Below are positions 37,623 to 47,471 of a stretch of DNA of 64,000 bases, piece after piece. Source of the DNA: an uncultured Bacteroides sp. (lineage in GTDB: Bacteria > Bacteroidota > Bacteroidia > Bacteroidales > GCA-2748055); the NCBI GenBank assembly GCA_964467775.1, contig CAYXUD010000080.1, positions 1,586 to 65,585 on the forward strand, written 5' to 3'. Numbering within the stretch: position 1 is the first letter of the stretch; the number at the start of each line of letters is the position of its first letter. The notes below the pieces were generated by a model. It was not told the origin of the DNA. It worked only from the letters and a program-made list of their open reading frames with translations, and made no database searches. A program made the position numbers and the translations under genes.

Positions 37623-39161
37623 CTACTCTCCCAGAAACAGGCTTTTTGTTGAGAATTCAGGGTCGCAGGTGAGATTGACATGCAGTTTCCTGAGGCCTGC
37701 TTCATCTCCCGGTGTGGGAATATGCGTCAGGTGGACCTCACAGTTCTGCAATTCGGAGAGCTTTTCAATGGCAAGCTGCGCGGCAGGATTGGAGAGGGCT
37801 GATATCCCCATCATGATGAGTGTTTCCTCGAGGTCAAGGCTGATCATCTTCCCTGTCAGGATCTCCTTTTTCAGGAAGGTTACCTGTTCTATCATATTGG
37901 CCGGCAGAAGATGCATGGTATCGGGCAGTCCGGCCAGGTGCTTGGCGGCGTTCAGGATCAGGCTTGAAGCTGCATGCATCAGGGGGGAGTTCTTACCGCT
38001 GATGATGGTGCCGTCTCTCAACTCCATGGCCGCCCCGCAGCAGATCCCTTCATTTCCCTTGCCGGTTCTTCTGGCATCCTGTGCCGCCTGCCTGGATGGC
38101 ATAACGACCCTTCTGTCCTCGACCGTTGCATGGACCTTTTCCATGATCATCCTGGCCCGGTCCAGCGCATCCCTTTCGACAAGCCCCATGGCATATTCCA
38201 CCGCACAACGGAAATACCTTCGTATGATCTCCTGGTGAGAGGCCTCTGTTATCACAGCATCATCAACAATGCCGGTGCTTGCCCTGTTGACACCCATATC
38301 GGTGGGGGACTTGTACATGGAATCTTCCCCGGTGATCTTCTCAAGGATTCTTTTCAGCAGGGGGAATGCCTCAATGTCCCTGTTATAATTCACTGTCTTT
38401 TCATTGTAGGCTTCCAGGTGGTGATGGTCGATCTGGACAATGTCCTTCAGATCAACGGTGGCCGCCTCATAGGCGATATTCACCTTGTGTGAGAGAGGCA
38501 GGTCCCAGATGGGGAAGGTTTCAAATTTGGCGTACCCGGCCTTCACGCCCTTCTTGTATTCGTGGTAGAGATTGTTCAGGCAGGTGGCCAGCTTCCCGCT
38601 TCCCGGCCCGGGACCGGTCACTATGACAATCGGTTTTGTGGTTTCGATATAGGGATTTGCACCGTATCCCAGGTCACTGACGATCAGGTCCACGTCGGTG
38701 GGGTAACCCTTCGTGTATCCATGGGTGCAAACCCTGATGCCGTTCCGCTCAAGCCTGTTCTTAAAAGAGGTTGCCTGGGGCTGATTCTGGTACCGGGTGA
38801 TCACCACGGCTGTAATGCCTATCCCCCATTCCTTGAAATCATCAATCGTTTTCAGAGCATCGGAATCATAACTGATGCCAAAATCGGCCCGCATCTTCTT
38901 TCTTTCAATATCACCCGCATGAACACATATGATGATGTCTGTCTTCTCCCCGAGTTCCTGCAAAAGGCGCATTTTCACATTTGGGTCGAAACCGGGCAGG
39001 ACCCTGGATGCGTGGTAATCGAACATGATCTTTCCCCCGAATTCGAGATAAAGCTTCTCATTGAAACGTTCCACGCGTTCCAGGATGGAAGCGGTTTGCG
39101 CTTTGATATAGGCTTCGTTATCGAAACCGGTCTTCGGGGCAGGTGGCGGATGGGAGCCCAT
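37623..39161 (-). CDS. DUF1846 (UPF0371) family protein
   Basis: 512 aa. GFDNEAYIKAQTASILERV...KLYLEFGGKIMFDYHASRVLPGFDPNVKMRLL matches the conserved N-terminus of the UPF0371 family. Confidence 0.75.
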   Translation of the reverse strand: MGSHPPPAPKTGFDNEAYIKAQTASILERVERFNEKLYLEFGGKIMFDYHASRVLPGFDPNVKMRLLQELGEKTDIIICVHAGDIERKKMRADFGISYDSDALKTIDDFKEWGIGITAVVITRYQNQPQATSFKNRLERNGIRVCTHGYTKGYPTDVDLIVSDLGYGANPYIETTKPIVIVTGPGPGSGKLATCLNNLYHEYKKGVKAGYAKFETFPIWDLPLSHKVNIAYEAATVDLKDIVQIDHHHLEAYNEKTVNYNRDIEAFPLLKRILEKITGEDSMYKSPTDMGVNRASTGIVDDAVITEASHQEIIRRYFRCAVEYAMGLVERDALDRARMIMEKVHATVEDRRVVMPSRQAAQDARRTGKGNEGICCGAAMELRDGTIISGKNSPLMHAASSLILNAAKHLAGLPDTMHLLPANMIEQVTFLKKEILTGKMISLDLEETLIMMGISALSNPAAQLAIEKLSELQNCEVHLTHIPTPGDEAGLRKLHVNLTCDPEFSTKSLFLGE

Positions 39162-39278
39162 GGTTCAGGTATGCTTGTTTAATTCGGGTGAATAGGATGG
39201 ATAAGATAGGAAAATATCTCATTCGATAGTGCCTTTGCCACTTCAAGGCAATGACCAACCTGAACGATGATATCTGTT

Positions 39279-41543
39279 TCAATCCAGTACCTCCACCTCG
39301 ACCCGCTCCTTACCGGATGTAATGGAATCAAAGAGTTTGATATCTGATTTCACCAGTTGAACAACATCCAGCAACAGGTTCTTTGTCTCTGAGAGCATCT
39401 CAATGTAGGTCACACTTACCTTCACGCCTTTATGGATCCTCTTGAGGATCTTGATCCGGTGGAGCAGTATGTCATTGGCCAGGCTGATCATTTCATCCCG
39501 CCGGAGAACCAGCTCATCCAGGGTGTCATAATTCTTGTTTTTCAACAGGTTGATGATAAAATTGAAGAACTCGCTGACCCTCTCATTGAAATTCTTCAGC
39601 TTATCCACCTGTTCCTTATCAAACGCGTGGTTGTTATCCAAATGGTTGAATGCCGGTTGTACAATGTGTAACAGGGAGTTGCTCGTCTCTTTCATATAGG
39701 CCACCACCTGTACATAATGGTGCCCGCTCTCCAGGTCGATTTCCCTGAATTTCTTAAGTGTGTCAGGGATCTCTTCCCGGATCTGCTTGATCTCCTTGCT
39801 GAGATGCTTGGACTCCTTCTGGAGGGCCTTCAGTTCTTTATGCTTCTCTTTGAAAAAATTGGTATAGGTAAGGTAGAGAATCCTGGATACCCGGAGGATA
39901 ATGCTTCTCACCTGATCATCACATGATTTGAGAACCTCATAGGAGGCCGTTACAATCCCGCCATCAACCCTCCTCTTTTTCTCATTCCTTTTCCTGTGGA
40001 AGGTATGGGTCCTTAACAGAATATAGATGGAAAGTCCTATGAGCAAAATGATGACGGGCAATTTTCCGAAAAAGATAAGTGCCGCGATGAGGAAAGATGC
40101 CAGAAAGGCGCTGAAGGCAGTGAAGAACCAGCCGCCGATCACCGTTAATACGCCTGTAATCCTGTACACTGCACTGTCTCTTCCCCAGGCACCATCGGCA
40201 AGAGAAGTTCCCATGGCCACCATAAAGGTTACATAGGTTGTGGAGAGGGGAAGTTTAAGAGAAGTGCCAAATGCAATCAGAATACTGGCAACAACAAGGT
40301 TCACGGAAGCACGGACATGGTCGAAAGCAATCTTCTCCTTTTTTGAATCCACCGCCTGTTCTGCATGAAACCTGCTGTTGACAAACCTTGTTATAACAGG
40401 TGGTGTAATCTTAGCAGCGGCATGGATCAGTTCAACTGACCTTCTGACAATAAACCTGGCCAGTAAGGTTGAGGCGAAACGTTCGTCTCCTTCATCCTGC
40501 CGGCTGAGATCTATGGTAGTTGCTGTAACGGTTTGTGCTTTCTTTGAAAATCTGAGTGTAAGCAACATGATCAGCCCGGCGGCTATTAAATAATAGATAG
40601 GAGTATTGACCGGTTTAAGCAGCGCTTCCATCAGGAATCCACCGGCATCATTGCTGCCGGAGGCCGCAAAAGCCTTGAAGGATTCCAGGCCAGCAAGCGG
40701 TACACCGATGAAGTTCACAAGGTCGTTTCCTGCAAATGCCATGGCCAGTGCAAAGGTGCCCACCAGCACGGTTATTTTCAGGATGTTGACCCTGGTAAAA
40801 AGTATCAGCAACTGGAACAGAAGGGTCCAGCCCAAGAAACTGATCAACAGAATCTGTGCCGTATGGGCATTAATAAGGGTCAGCATTTCAGGGGAAACCA
40901 GGGTGGATCCTTTGGCTCCCTTGATCAGGAGGAAATAGAGGATGGCCGTGATGGCAAACCCGCCCCAGACCCCGGACCAGTATTTATATGAAATTCTGAG
41001 ATTGAAAGAGAACGCCAGCCTCACCATCCACTGTATGATCATTCCCGCGTTAAATGCAATGACCACCGACAGGAATATCCCGACAATGATCATCACGGAA
41101 CTCTCTATATTGATATAGGCTTCTACGTTATGAATGGCATGACTGTCCCGGGTGATTTTAAAAACAGACACTGCCACCGCTGCCCCGAGGATCCCAAATA
41201 CCACAGAGATCGTGGTGGAGGTAGGGAGTCCCACGGTGTTGAAGAAATCAAGAAGCAGGATATCTGCCAGCATTACTGCCAGGAAAATCACCATGATCTC
41301 GCTGAAGGCAAATTGCCCCGGATTGAAAATCCCTTTCCTGGCCACCTCCATCATGCCGTTTGAAAAAACGGCACCTATCAGCACACCGAGGGCTGCGATA
41401 GCGAGTATCAGTTTAAACGGTGCAGCTTTGGACCCTATGGCGGAATTGAGGAAGTTTACTGCATCATTGCTGACACCTACAATGAGGAGTGCGACAGCCA
41501 GCAGTAAAAGGAAGCCCACAATCAGCATGTAATATGCTTCCAT
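39279..41543 (-). CDS. inorganic phosphate transporter (PiT/PHO4 family) with C-terminal PhoU-like helical domain
   Basis: 754 aa. Duplicated PiT signature-like segments (GVSNDAVNFLNSAIGS; AGNDLVNFIGVPLAG), about 10-12 TM segments and a long cytoplasmic helical tail. Confidence 0.75.
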   Translation of the reverse strand: MEAYYMLIVGFLLLLAVALLIVGVSNDAVNFLNSAIGSKAAPFKLILAIAALGVLIGAVFSNGMMEVARKGIFNPGQFAFSEIMVIFLAVMLADILLLDFFNTVGLPTSTTISVVFGILGAAVAVSVFKITRDSHAIHNVEAYINIESSVMIIVGIFLSVVIAFNAGMIIQWMVRLAFSFNLRISYKYWSGVWGGFAITAILYFLLIKGAKGSTLVSPEMLTLINAHTAQILLISFLGWTLLFQLLILFTRVNILKITVLVGTFALAMAFAGNDLVNFIGVPLAGLESFKAFAASGSNDAGGFLMEALLKPVNTPIYYLIAAGLIMLLTLRFSKKAQTVTATTIDLSRQDEGDERFASTLLARFIVRRSVELIHAAAKITPPVITRFVNSRFHAEQAVDSKKEKIAFDHVRASVNLVVASILIAFGTSLKLPLSTTYVTFMVAMGTSLADGAWGRDSAVYRITGVLTVIGGWFFTAFSAFLASFLIAALIFFGKLPVIILLIGLSIYILLRTHTFHRKRNEKKRRVDGGIVTASYEVLKSCDDQVRSIILRVSRILYLTYTNFFKEKHKELKALQKESKHLSKEIKQIREEIPDTLKKFREIDLESGHHYVQVVAYMKETSNSLLHIVQPAFNHLDNNHAFDKEQVDKLKNFNERVSEFFNFIINLLKNKNYDTLDELVLRRDEMISLANDILLHRIKILKRIHKGVKVSVTYIEMLSETKNLLLDVVQLVKSDIKLFDSITSGKERVEVEVLD

Positions 41544-41722
41544 GAAGAGTAATTATTATGCCAGAAGTAAAAATAGATATTTAAAATACAATCCTAAATT
41601 ATGAATTTGGCTGCAGAAAATTGTGCACAGAGTCTTTTAAAAATCTTACGCATGCTTTTGCATTATAGAACTTATCCATAACTTGAAATCACTTTGAATG
41701 GAACTACTTTAAAAGAATCATC

Positions 41723-43138
41723 ATGAAAAATGTTCTCGCATGTTCATTGTTTGTATTGATGGCACTGCTGGTACCGGTAAGACAATCCCATGGCCAGGAG
41801 AAGGATCTCAAGGAGGCGAATGTTTTTATTACCGCCGAGTCTGACAACCAGTTGCTCCGGGATGCCGGCTTCAGGGCTTTTGAACCCCTGGAGCAGCCTG
41901 ACGAAAATTATCCGACCATCATCGTGGATGACGATGTGAGCTTCCAGACCATTGAAGGTTTCGGGGGTGCCTTTACCGATGCGGCTGCCATTACGTTCGG
42001 GAAACTTCCCGAAAAGGAGCGGGCAAGATTCCTGAAGGCCTGTTTCGATCCCGTGGAGGGGAACGGGTACACCCTTTGCCGAACCACCATTCACAGCTGC
42101 GACTATTCCGATGAGATGTACACCTATGCAGAAGTTGAGGGAGATAAAACATTGAAGCATTTCACCATTGAACACGATATGCAGTACCGCATCCCGATGA
42201 TCAGGGCAGCCATGGAGGCCTCAGGGGGCACCCTGCGCCTCTTCTCCTCGCCCTGGAGCCCGCCCGGATGGATGAAAACGAACGGGGAGATGAAACACGG
42301 GGGAAAGCTTCTGCCCGAATACCGGCAGACCTGGGCCGATTATTTTGTAAAGTATGTTCAGGAGTATGAAAAGGTGGGGATTCCCATGTGGGGGCTCACC
42401 GTCCAGAATGAGGCATTGGCCGTACAGGTATGGGAATCGTGCATTTTTACCGCGAACGAGGAGAAGGATTTCGTAAGGGACTACCTGGGGCCTGCCCTGC
42501 ATAAGAACGGGATGGCGGATATTAAACTGATGATCTGGGACCATAACCGGGGGATCATGTACCAGCGGGTGGAGGCGGCATACGAAGATCCCGAAGCTTC
42601 AAAATACATCTGGGGCACCGCGTTCCACTGGTATGTAGGGGACCATTTTGATAATGTGCGGATGGTCCACGATGCCTACCCGGATAAAATGTTGTTGTAT
42701 TCTGAGGCAGGGATGCGGGGGAGCTGGGGATCGGCAGCCAACCTGGCAAAGAATATCATCCTGGACCTTAACAACTGGGCCAACGGCTGGGTATTCTGGA
42801 ACCTGATCCTCGACCAGGGGAATGGCCCGAGGCATGCGGGGGGCCTGCATGGATCGAATATTGTCAATGCGGACCTGGCCACCGGCAAGGTGACCTACAA
42901 CCCTCCGCACTACGTGTTCGGGCATTTTTCAAAATTCATTAGACCGGGTGCCAGGAGGATTGCCTGCACATCGAGCAGCGATCAGCTGATCGCCACCGCA
43001 TTCATCAATCCGGATGGAACGATCGCCGCAGTAACCCATAACCTGAGCGAAAATGATGTGTTGTTCCAGCTGTGGATCGAGGGAAAAGTGCTTAAATCCA
43101 CCATCCCGGGGCGTGGCACCATTACAATGGTCTTTTAG
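41723..43138 (+). CDS. GH30 glucosylceramidase-type glycoside hydrolase
   Basis: Signal peptide, IEGFGGAFTDAAA, SPWSPPGWMKTNG, WGLTVQNE (acid/base) and MLLYSEAG are GH30 features. Confidence 0.85.
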   Translation: MKNVLACSLFVLMALLVPVRQSHGQEKDLKEANVFITAESDNQLLRDAGFRAFEPLEQPDENYPTIIVDDDVSFQTIEGFGGAFTDAAAITFGKLPEKERARFLKACFDPVEGNGYTLCRTTIHSCDYSDEMYTYAEVEGDKTLKHFTIEHDMQYRIPMIRAAMEASGGTLRLFSSPWSPPGWMKTNGEMKHGGKLLPEYRQTWADYFVKYVQEYEKVGIPMWGLTVQNEALAVQVWESCIFTANEEKDFVRDYLGPALHKNGMADIKLMIWDHNRGIMYQRVEAAYEDPEASKYIWGTAFHWYVGDHFDNVRMVHDAYPDKMLLYSEAGMRGSWGSAANLAKNIILDLNNWANGWVFWNLILDQGNGPRHAGGLHGSNIVNADLATGKVTYNPPHYVFGHFSKFIRPGARRIACTSSSDQLIATAFINPDGTIAAVTHNLSENDVLFQLWIEGKVLKSTIPGRGTITMVF

Positions 43139-43145
43139 ATAATGG

Positions 43146-44663
43146 TCACTGCCTGGCAGGCTGAAATAGTACGTAATCCCAAAATAACATGCCAAAAACA
43201 ATGTTCCTGAGTGTTATTGTATGTTCGGCCGTGGTTGTAAATTCGGCATCGGCAATTTTCTGCAAACCTCCGCTACCCGTACCATAAGGCCCTGTATAGG
43301 TGTAGTTTGTACTTTCTCCATCGAGGTAGGCTATACAATCGGTGACATCCTGCCACCCCGGCTGGTAAATAAAGACTTCATATTTCCCTTTCATGACTTT
43401 TGGAAAAGTAACGGAAATCGACCACCAGCCCAGCATACTCAGACAATCATAGTTTATATTTTCGGGCTGTATGTCTTTATAATAGTAGAGCAGGTAATCG
43501 CCCTCCCATTTGATATTGGCAAAGGTATTTTCACCATCAAAGAATCTCTTGTAATAATGAAGATAATAATCTCCATGCTTAAGGTCGAAGAAATCGGTTG
43601 TTTCAAAAATAATAGAAGCAGGTTCAGGCAAGATCACCGGCAGGATATCGTTGACTGAATGCAGTGCGCCGTTCTTTGCGGGGGTATTGGATGCCGGAAT
43701 ATTAAAGCCGGTATAAAGGTCGGTATTGCTGTTGAGGTTAATCTTGTAGTCGGTATCGATCGTCAGGGATATGTTGTTGTCCCTGGAGAGGATGGGATAG
43801 ATCCCGGTTTCCAGGTCCGAGAGGTAATAGGTGCCGTTCAGGCAGTGGTATTCCATGTAACGGTAGAAGGGGTTTTCCAGGAAGGTGATGCTGTCCGGGT
43901 CGGCGCCGGTCCATTCGATCAGTTCCTGGACGTTATGGATGCCATAGCGCTCATAGATGGTATCTGCCACTGCAAACACGGTAAACCGGGTACGGGCAAT
44001 GCTCTTCCCGTAGGGGAAGCTGATGAGCTGCAGGGTGTCCTTCAGGCCGGTGAGGCTGAGCCCCTGTGAGAAGATCTGGTAGAAGGGATCGGACGAAACG
44101 ACATTGTAAATGTCCTGTGTAACGGGGTCTATCACCCTGTCTATGACATGGATATAGCCGTTGGCGGCACGGATGTCCCTGTCGATGATTTTGGAGTGTT
44201 TATGGACGATGATATCCGATCCCTCGAATTCGGTGACCAGGAAATCACCGATCGCGTTTGTCTCCCTGAGCGTGCCCAGGCCGATGTCGTTGGCGCCAAT
44301 TTCAGCTCCGACAATATGATAAAGGATCAATTCCTCCAGAAGTGAATCGGTGAAATCCGCCAGTGAGGTTACATTCTTGAAGGTGTAGTATTCGAGCATG
44401 GCCTCGTCGGTGGGGAGAAACAGTGTGTAGGGGCCCCTGGTGTTCAGCAATGCCTCCATTCCCGTGAACTCCATCAGTTTTCCGAACTCGGAGAACTGAT
44501 CCGGATGGCCGGCAATAAAATCCCCGATCACCTGTTGCTGCGAGGCCACCTCCCATATCTGGGGTTCTTCCACGCAGGTATTGAAAACCACGGCAGTCAG
44601 TACCATAAGAACAATCCTGAATCCACTCCTGTGACCCATTGATTTAAAAAAATGATGGTTCAT
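43146..44663 (-). CDS. fasciclin (FAS1) domain-containing lipoprotein
   Basis: YTLFLPTDEAM and NGYIHVIDRVI (FAS1 H1/H2-like boxes), then a second FTVFAVADT...NGALHSVNDIL. Start set at ATG 44663 (MNHHFF...). Confidence 0.7.
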   Translation of the reverse strand: MNHHFFKSMGHRSGFRIVLMVLTAVVFNTCVEEPQIWEVASQQQVIGDFIAGHPDQFSEFGKLMEFTGMEALLNTRGPYTLFLPTDEAMLEYYTFKNVTSLADFTDSLLEELILYHIVGAEIGANDIGLGTLRETNAIGDFLVTEFEGSDIIVHKHSKIIDRDIRAANGYIHVIDRVIDPVTQDIYNVVSSDPFYQIFSQGLSLTGLKDTLQLISFPYGKSIARTRFTVFAVADTIYERYGIHNVQELIEWTGADPDSITFLENPFYRYMEYHCLNGTYYLSDLETGIYPILSRDNNISLTIDTDYKINLNSNTDLYTGFNIPASNTPAKNGALHSVNDILPVILPEPASIIFETTDFFDLKHGDYYLHYYKRFFDGENTFANIKWEGDYLLYYYKDIQPENINYDCLSMLGWWSISVTFPKVMKGKYEVFIYQPGWQDVTDCIAYLDGESTNYTYTGPYGTGSGGLQKIADAEFTTTAEHTITLRNIVFGMLFWDYVLFQPARQ

Positions 44664-44830
44664 TTTGGTGTTTTTCTTCAAGTTATGCAAGATTCCCTCA
44701 ATCACCACTTCAAAGAACAGGAACAAAATACGAAGAATTACTGATCAATGAAATTTTCCCGGATTCATTGCCGGCATTTAACCGGATATTTTAGGTAATT
44801 TTAATCGATACATCCATTCAATCTATACAT

Positions 44831-45568
44831 ATGAAAAGAGACATCATTTTATTGTTTACATGTGCTTTTGCAGCGCTGATGATGCAGCCCATCTCTGGTC
44901 AGGGTGTCAATAAGCTTACCGAAAAAGAGCGGAAAGAGGGCTGGGTCCTTTTATTCAATGGCCGGGATTTCAAGGGATGGAGGCAGTGCAACGGAACCGG
45001 CATGCCGAAAAACTGGATCATTGAGGATGATGCCATGAAGGTTTTTACCGGTGAGGGCAAGGATCCAGGCTCCGGAGCAGGGGGTGACATCCTTTTCGGC
45101 GACAGGAAGTTCAGGGACTTTGAGCTGACCGTTGACTGGAAAGCCAGCAAGATGGCCAATTCGGGTATCTTCTTCAATGTGAGAGAGGTGCCCGGTCAGC
45201 CGATCTATTACGCGGCACCCGAGATCCAGGTGCTTGACAATATTGATGCTGACGACAATAAAGTGGCGAGTCACCTGGCCGGTTCACTTTACGATATGAT
45301 TCCGGCAGACCCGGAAACTGTCCATCCGGCCGGTCAATGGAATACCATTGTGGTTCGTGTGGAGGATGGGAAGGTCTGCCATACCCAGAACGGGGTGAAG
45401 GTGGTGGAGTACGAATTGTGGACTCCCTCCTGGGATGAACTGGTGGCCAACAGCAAATTCAGGAATTTCCCCGGATTTACGGAAGGAATTGCCAAAGAGG
45501 GATATATCGGCCTGCAGGATCACGGATACCCGGTCTGGTTCAGGAATATTAAGATCCGTGAACTGTAG
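44831..45568 (+). CDS. DUF1080 (3-keto-disaccharide hydrolase-like) domain protein
   Basis: Signal peptide, GWVLLFNGRDFKGWR, NSGIFF, EIQVLDN and GYIGLQDHGYPVWFRNIKIREL show the canonical DUF1080 pattern. Confidence 0.85.
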   Translation: MKRDIILLFTCAFAALMMQPISGQGVNKLTEKERKEGWVLLFNGRDFKGWRQCNGTGMPKNWIIEDDAMKVFTGEGKDPGSGAGGDILFGDRKFRDFELTVDWKASKMANSGIFFNVREVPGQPIYYAAPEIQVLDNIDADDNKVASHLAGSLYDMIPADPETVHPAGQWNTIVVRVEDGKVCHTQNGVKVVEYELWTPSWDELVANSKFRNFPGFTEGIAKEGYIGLQDHGYPVWFRNIKIREL

Positions 45569-45609
45569 CTGTTGATTTTTCCTCCATGTTGAAGAAGTCA
45601 ATTGTATAA

Positions 45610-45648
45610 AAAACCCTCCTGTCTGTCAAGCAGTTACAAGAGGGTTTT
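45610..45648. terminator. candidate bidirectional intrinsic terminator between convergent genes
   Basis: AAAACCCTC ... GAGGGTTTT forms a 9-bp stem with an inner CTG...CAG pairing. A-run on one side and T-run on the other. Lies between the stops at 45568 (+) and 45679 (-). Confidence 0.45.
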
Positions 45649-45678
45649 CATGGCATTGGCACCATTGGCCCGGAGGGA

Positions 45679-46050
45679 TTATTTTTCTTCCTTCTCTTTG
45701 TCCTTCATGGCGGCCATTTTCTCCACCAGGTCGGGCACTTTTTCAAAGAGTGCCGAAAGGGCCGATTTCCTGTCCACCTGAATAAAGGATATCTCATGTC
45801 CCTTTGCTGTAAGGAATCCAAGGGGGACAACACTGAGACCGGCTCCTGCCCCTCCGCCTGATCCCTTGCATTTGCTCTTAGGTTCGTCACCTGTCCCTGC
45901 GGCACTGCCGAATCCGGTTCCAACCTTGACCACGGGCCTGCAGGTGAACTCCCCGATCCTGAATTCTTCACCAAGAATGGTTTCGGTAGTCGAAAGCGTT
46001 TTCAGGTGCTCCGATAATTTGTCGAGTAATTCATCAATTTTAATTTCCAT
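45679..46050 (-). CDS. GerW/YtfJ-family protein
   Basis: 123 aa. ...ILGEEFRIGEFTCRPVVKVGTGFGSAAGTG...GSGGGAGAGLSVVPLGFLTAKGHEISFIQV parallels the YtfJ pattern (PV-KV-fGFGaGGg ... GGGgG..i.PvaFLvv). Confidence 0.65.
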   Translation of the reverse strand: MEIKIDELLDKLSEHLKTLSTTETILGEEFRIGEFTCRPVVKVGTGFGSAAGTGDEPKSKCKGSGGGAGAGLSVVPLGFLTAKGHEISFIQVDRKSALSALFEKVPDLVEKMAAMKDKEKEEK

Positions 46051-46080
46051 TTCGCTTCGGTTTAAAAGGTTAATAATTGG

Positions 46081-46590
46081 TTATAATCTGTTTTTTATGA
46101 ATATCCAGAGCAGTGTGGCCATGCGGTTTCTCATTTCAAGATGCATGGAGGCGGTTCCCTCAAAATTCACCCTCATCTCAATATTTTTGTTGTTCACAAA
46201 TGAAAAGACCGGTACAAGCCAGGCGTTCAGCATGAAGTCATCCGTGTCAATATCCAGGACCAGTTTCCTGATCCGGAATGAGCGGACCGCATCCGCTGCC
46301 ATTCTCATGCCCCCGGAAATTTTTTTCGGTCTCATGATGGCAGGAACCACTTCAGCCCTTTTTTGCCGTTTCCGTTTCTTTCTCAGAAAAGGATTGTATC
46401 TGAAGGGTATGAAGAGGATCCATCCCCTTATGTGAAAAAGCTCTTCTGCAGGTTCCACCGCAGCTTTGAATATTCCCGGAAGAGCCAGGAAGTAACGGTC
46501 CCGGTCCGTATCCAGAAAAATTATGACGGGCCCCAGCAGTATCCAGAGCAGTATGGCAACGATGATCGCAATGAAAATATACCAGATCAT
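46081..46590 (-). CDS. membrane-anchored hypothetical protein (possible YtfI/DUF2953-like partner of the YtfJ-like gene)
   Basis: 169 aa with an N-terminal TM (MIWYIFIAIIVAILLWILL) and a basic patch KKRKRQKR. The call rests only on adjacency to the YtfJ-like gene. Confidence 0.3.
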   Translation of the reverse strand: MIWYIFIAIIVAILLWILLGPVIIFLDTDRDRYFLALPGIFKAAVEPAEELFHIRGWILFIPFRYNPFLRKKRKRQKRAEVVPAIMRPKKISGGMRMAADAVRSFRIRKLVLDIDTDDFMLNAWLVPVFSFVNNKNIEMRVNFEGTASMHLEMRNRMATLLWIFIKNRL

Positions 46591-46804
46591 GAAATAAAGC
46601 TACCATGGAAATGGGAGCTGCCCCACACTTAATCGGTCTTCATTCATGTTTTTTCGGTAAGCGGTGGTTTTTTCGAGTTAAACAGGAACAGGGCATGAAA
46701 GCCAAGCATTAAATTTTATATATATTGTCCACCCGGATGAACACCCTGGCATCTGCGTGGGGGAATCGCATTATAAATATCCGGCACATTAAACCATGCA
46801 TATC

Positions 46805-47257
46805 ATGAAAAAGAGAATCTTTATCCCGTTCCTGCTTCTGTTGTTTGGTGCTTTAAACGCTCAGACAACCCATGAAGAGATCGATTATATCCAGGCTATG
46901 TTTGGCATGGAGAAACGTGCTGCGGTAAAAGAATTCATTGTGCTTAAGGAGAATGAAGCCAAAGCATTCTGGAAGTATTATGATGAATATGAGATCCAGC
47001 GAAAAATCTATGGAAAAGAGAGGATTATACTGCTGGACAAATTCGCCGAGCAATATGATTCCATGACCGATGAGGAAAGCATCTCATGGATGGAATCAGT
47101 GATGACCCTGAGAAACAAAAATGAAAAACTTATTGAAAAGTATTATAAAAAGATACTGAAAGAGTGCTCGCCCATCATTGCCATGCAGTTTTACCAGATT
47201 GAGAGTTATATCCTCGCCGGGATCCGTTTCCAGATCCTTGAAAATGTCCCGTTTTAG
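46805..47257 (+). CDS. secreted hypothetical protein
   Basis: MKKRIFIPFLLLLFGALNAQ signal peptide. Helical, Lys/Glu-rich, with no recognisable motif. Confidence 0.5.
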   Translation: MKKRIFIPFLLLLFGALNAQTTHEEIDYIQAMFGMEKRAAVKEFIVLKENEAKAFWKYYDEYEIQRKIYGKERIILLDKFAEQYDSMTDEESISWMESVMTLRNKNEKLIEKYYKKILKECSPIIAMQFYQIESYILAGIRFQILENVPF

Positions 47258-47360
47258 AACGGTTTTAATGGATCATACATGGTTGTGGCAAATCCGGATG
47301 CGGGGGAGTGGAAATTTCGGGTCACTTTACCATAATCTTTGTTGAGCTGGATGTTCCGTC

Positions 47361-47381
47361 AGTGAATCCCGCTCGCGCATT
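47361..47381 (+). repeat. solo left-end fragment of the repeat element (20/21 match)
   Basis: agtgaatcccgctcgcgcatt versus canonical attgaatcccgctcgcgcatt. Same orientation as the other copies, and intergenic. Confidence 0.6.
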
Positions 47382-47471
47382 GGCTTCCGCTGATAATACT
47401 TACTCCCGGAACAGGTGCTCTGCACATCCCGCTGTCACAGGAGACCTGCGGCCATCGGAGGCTGCTTCATT

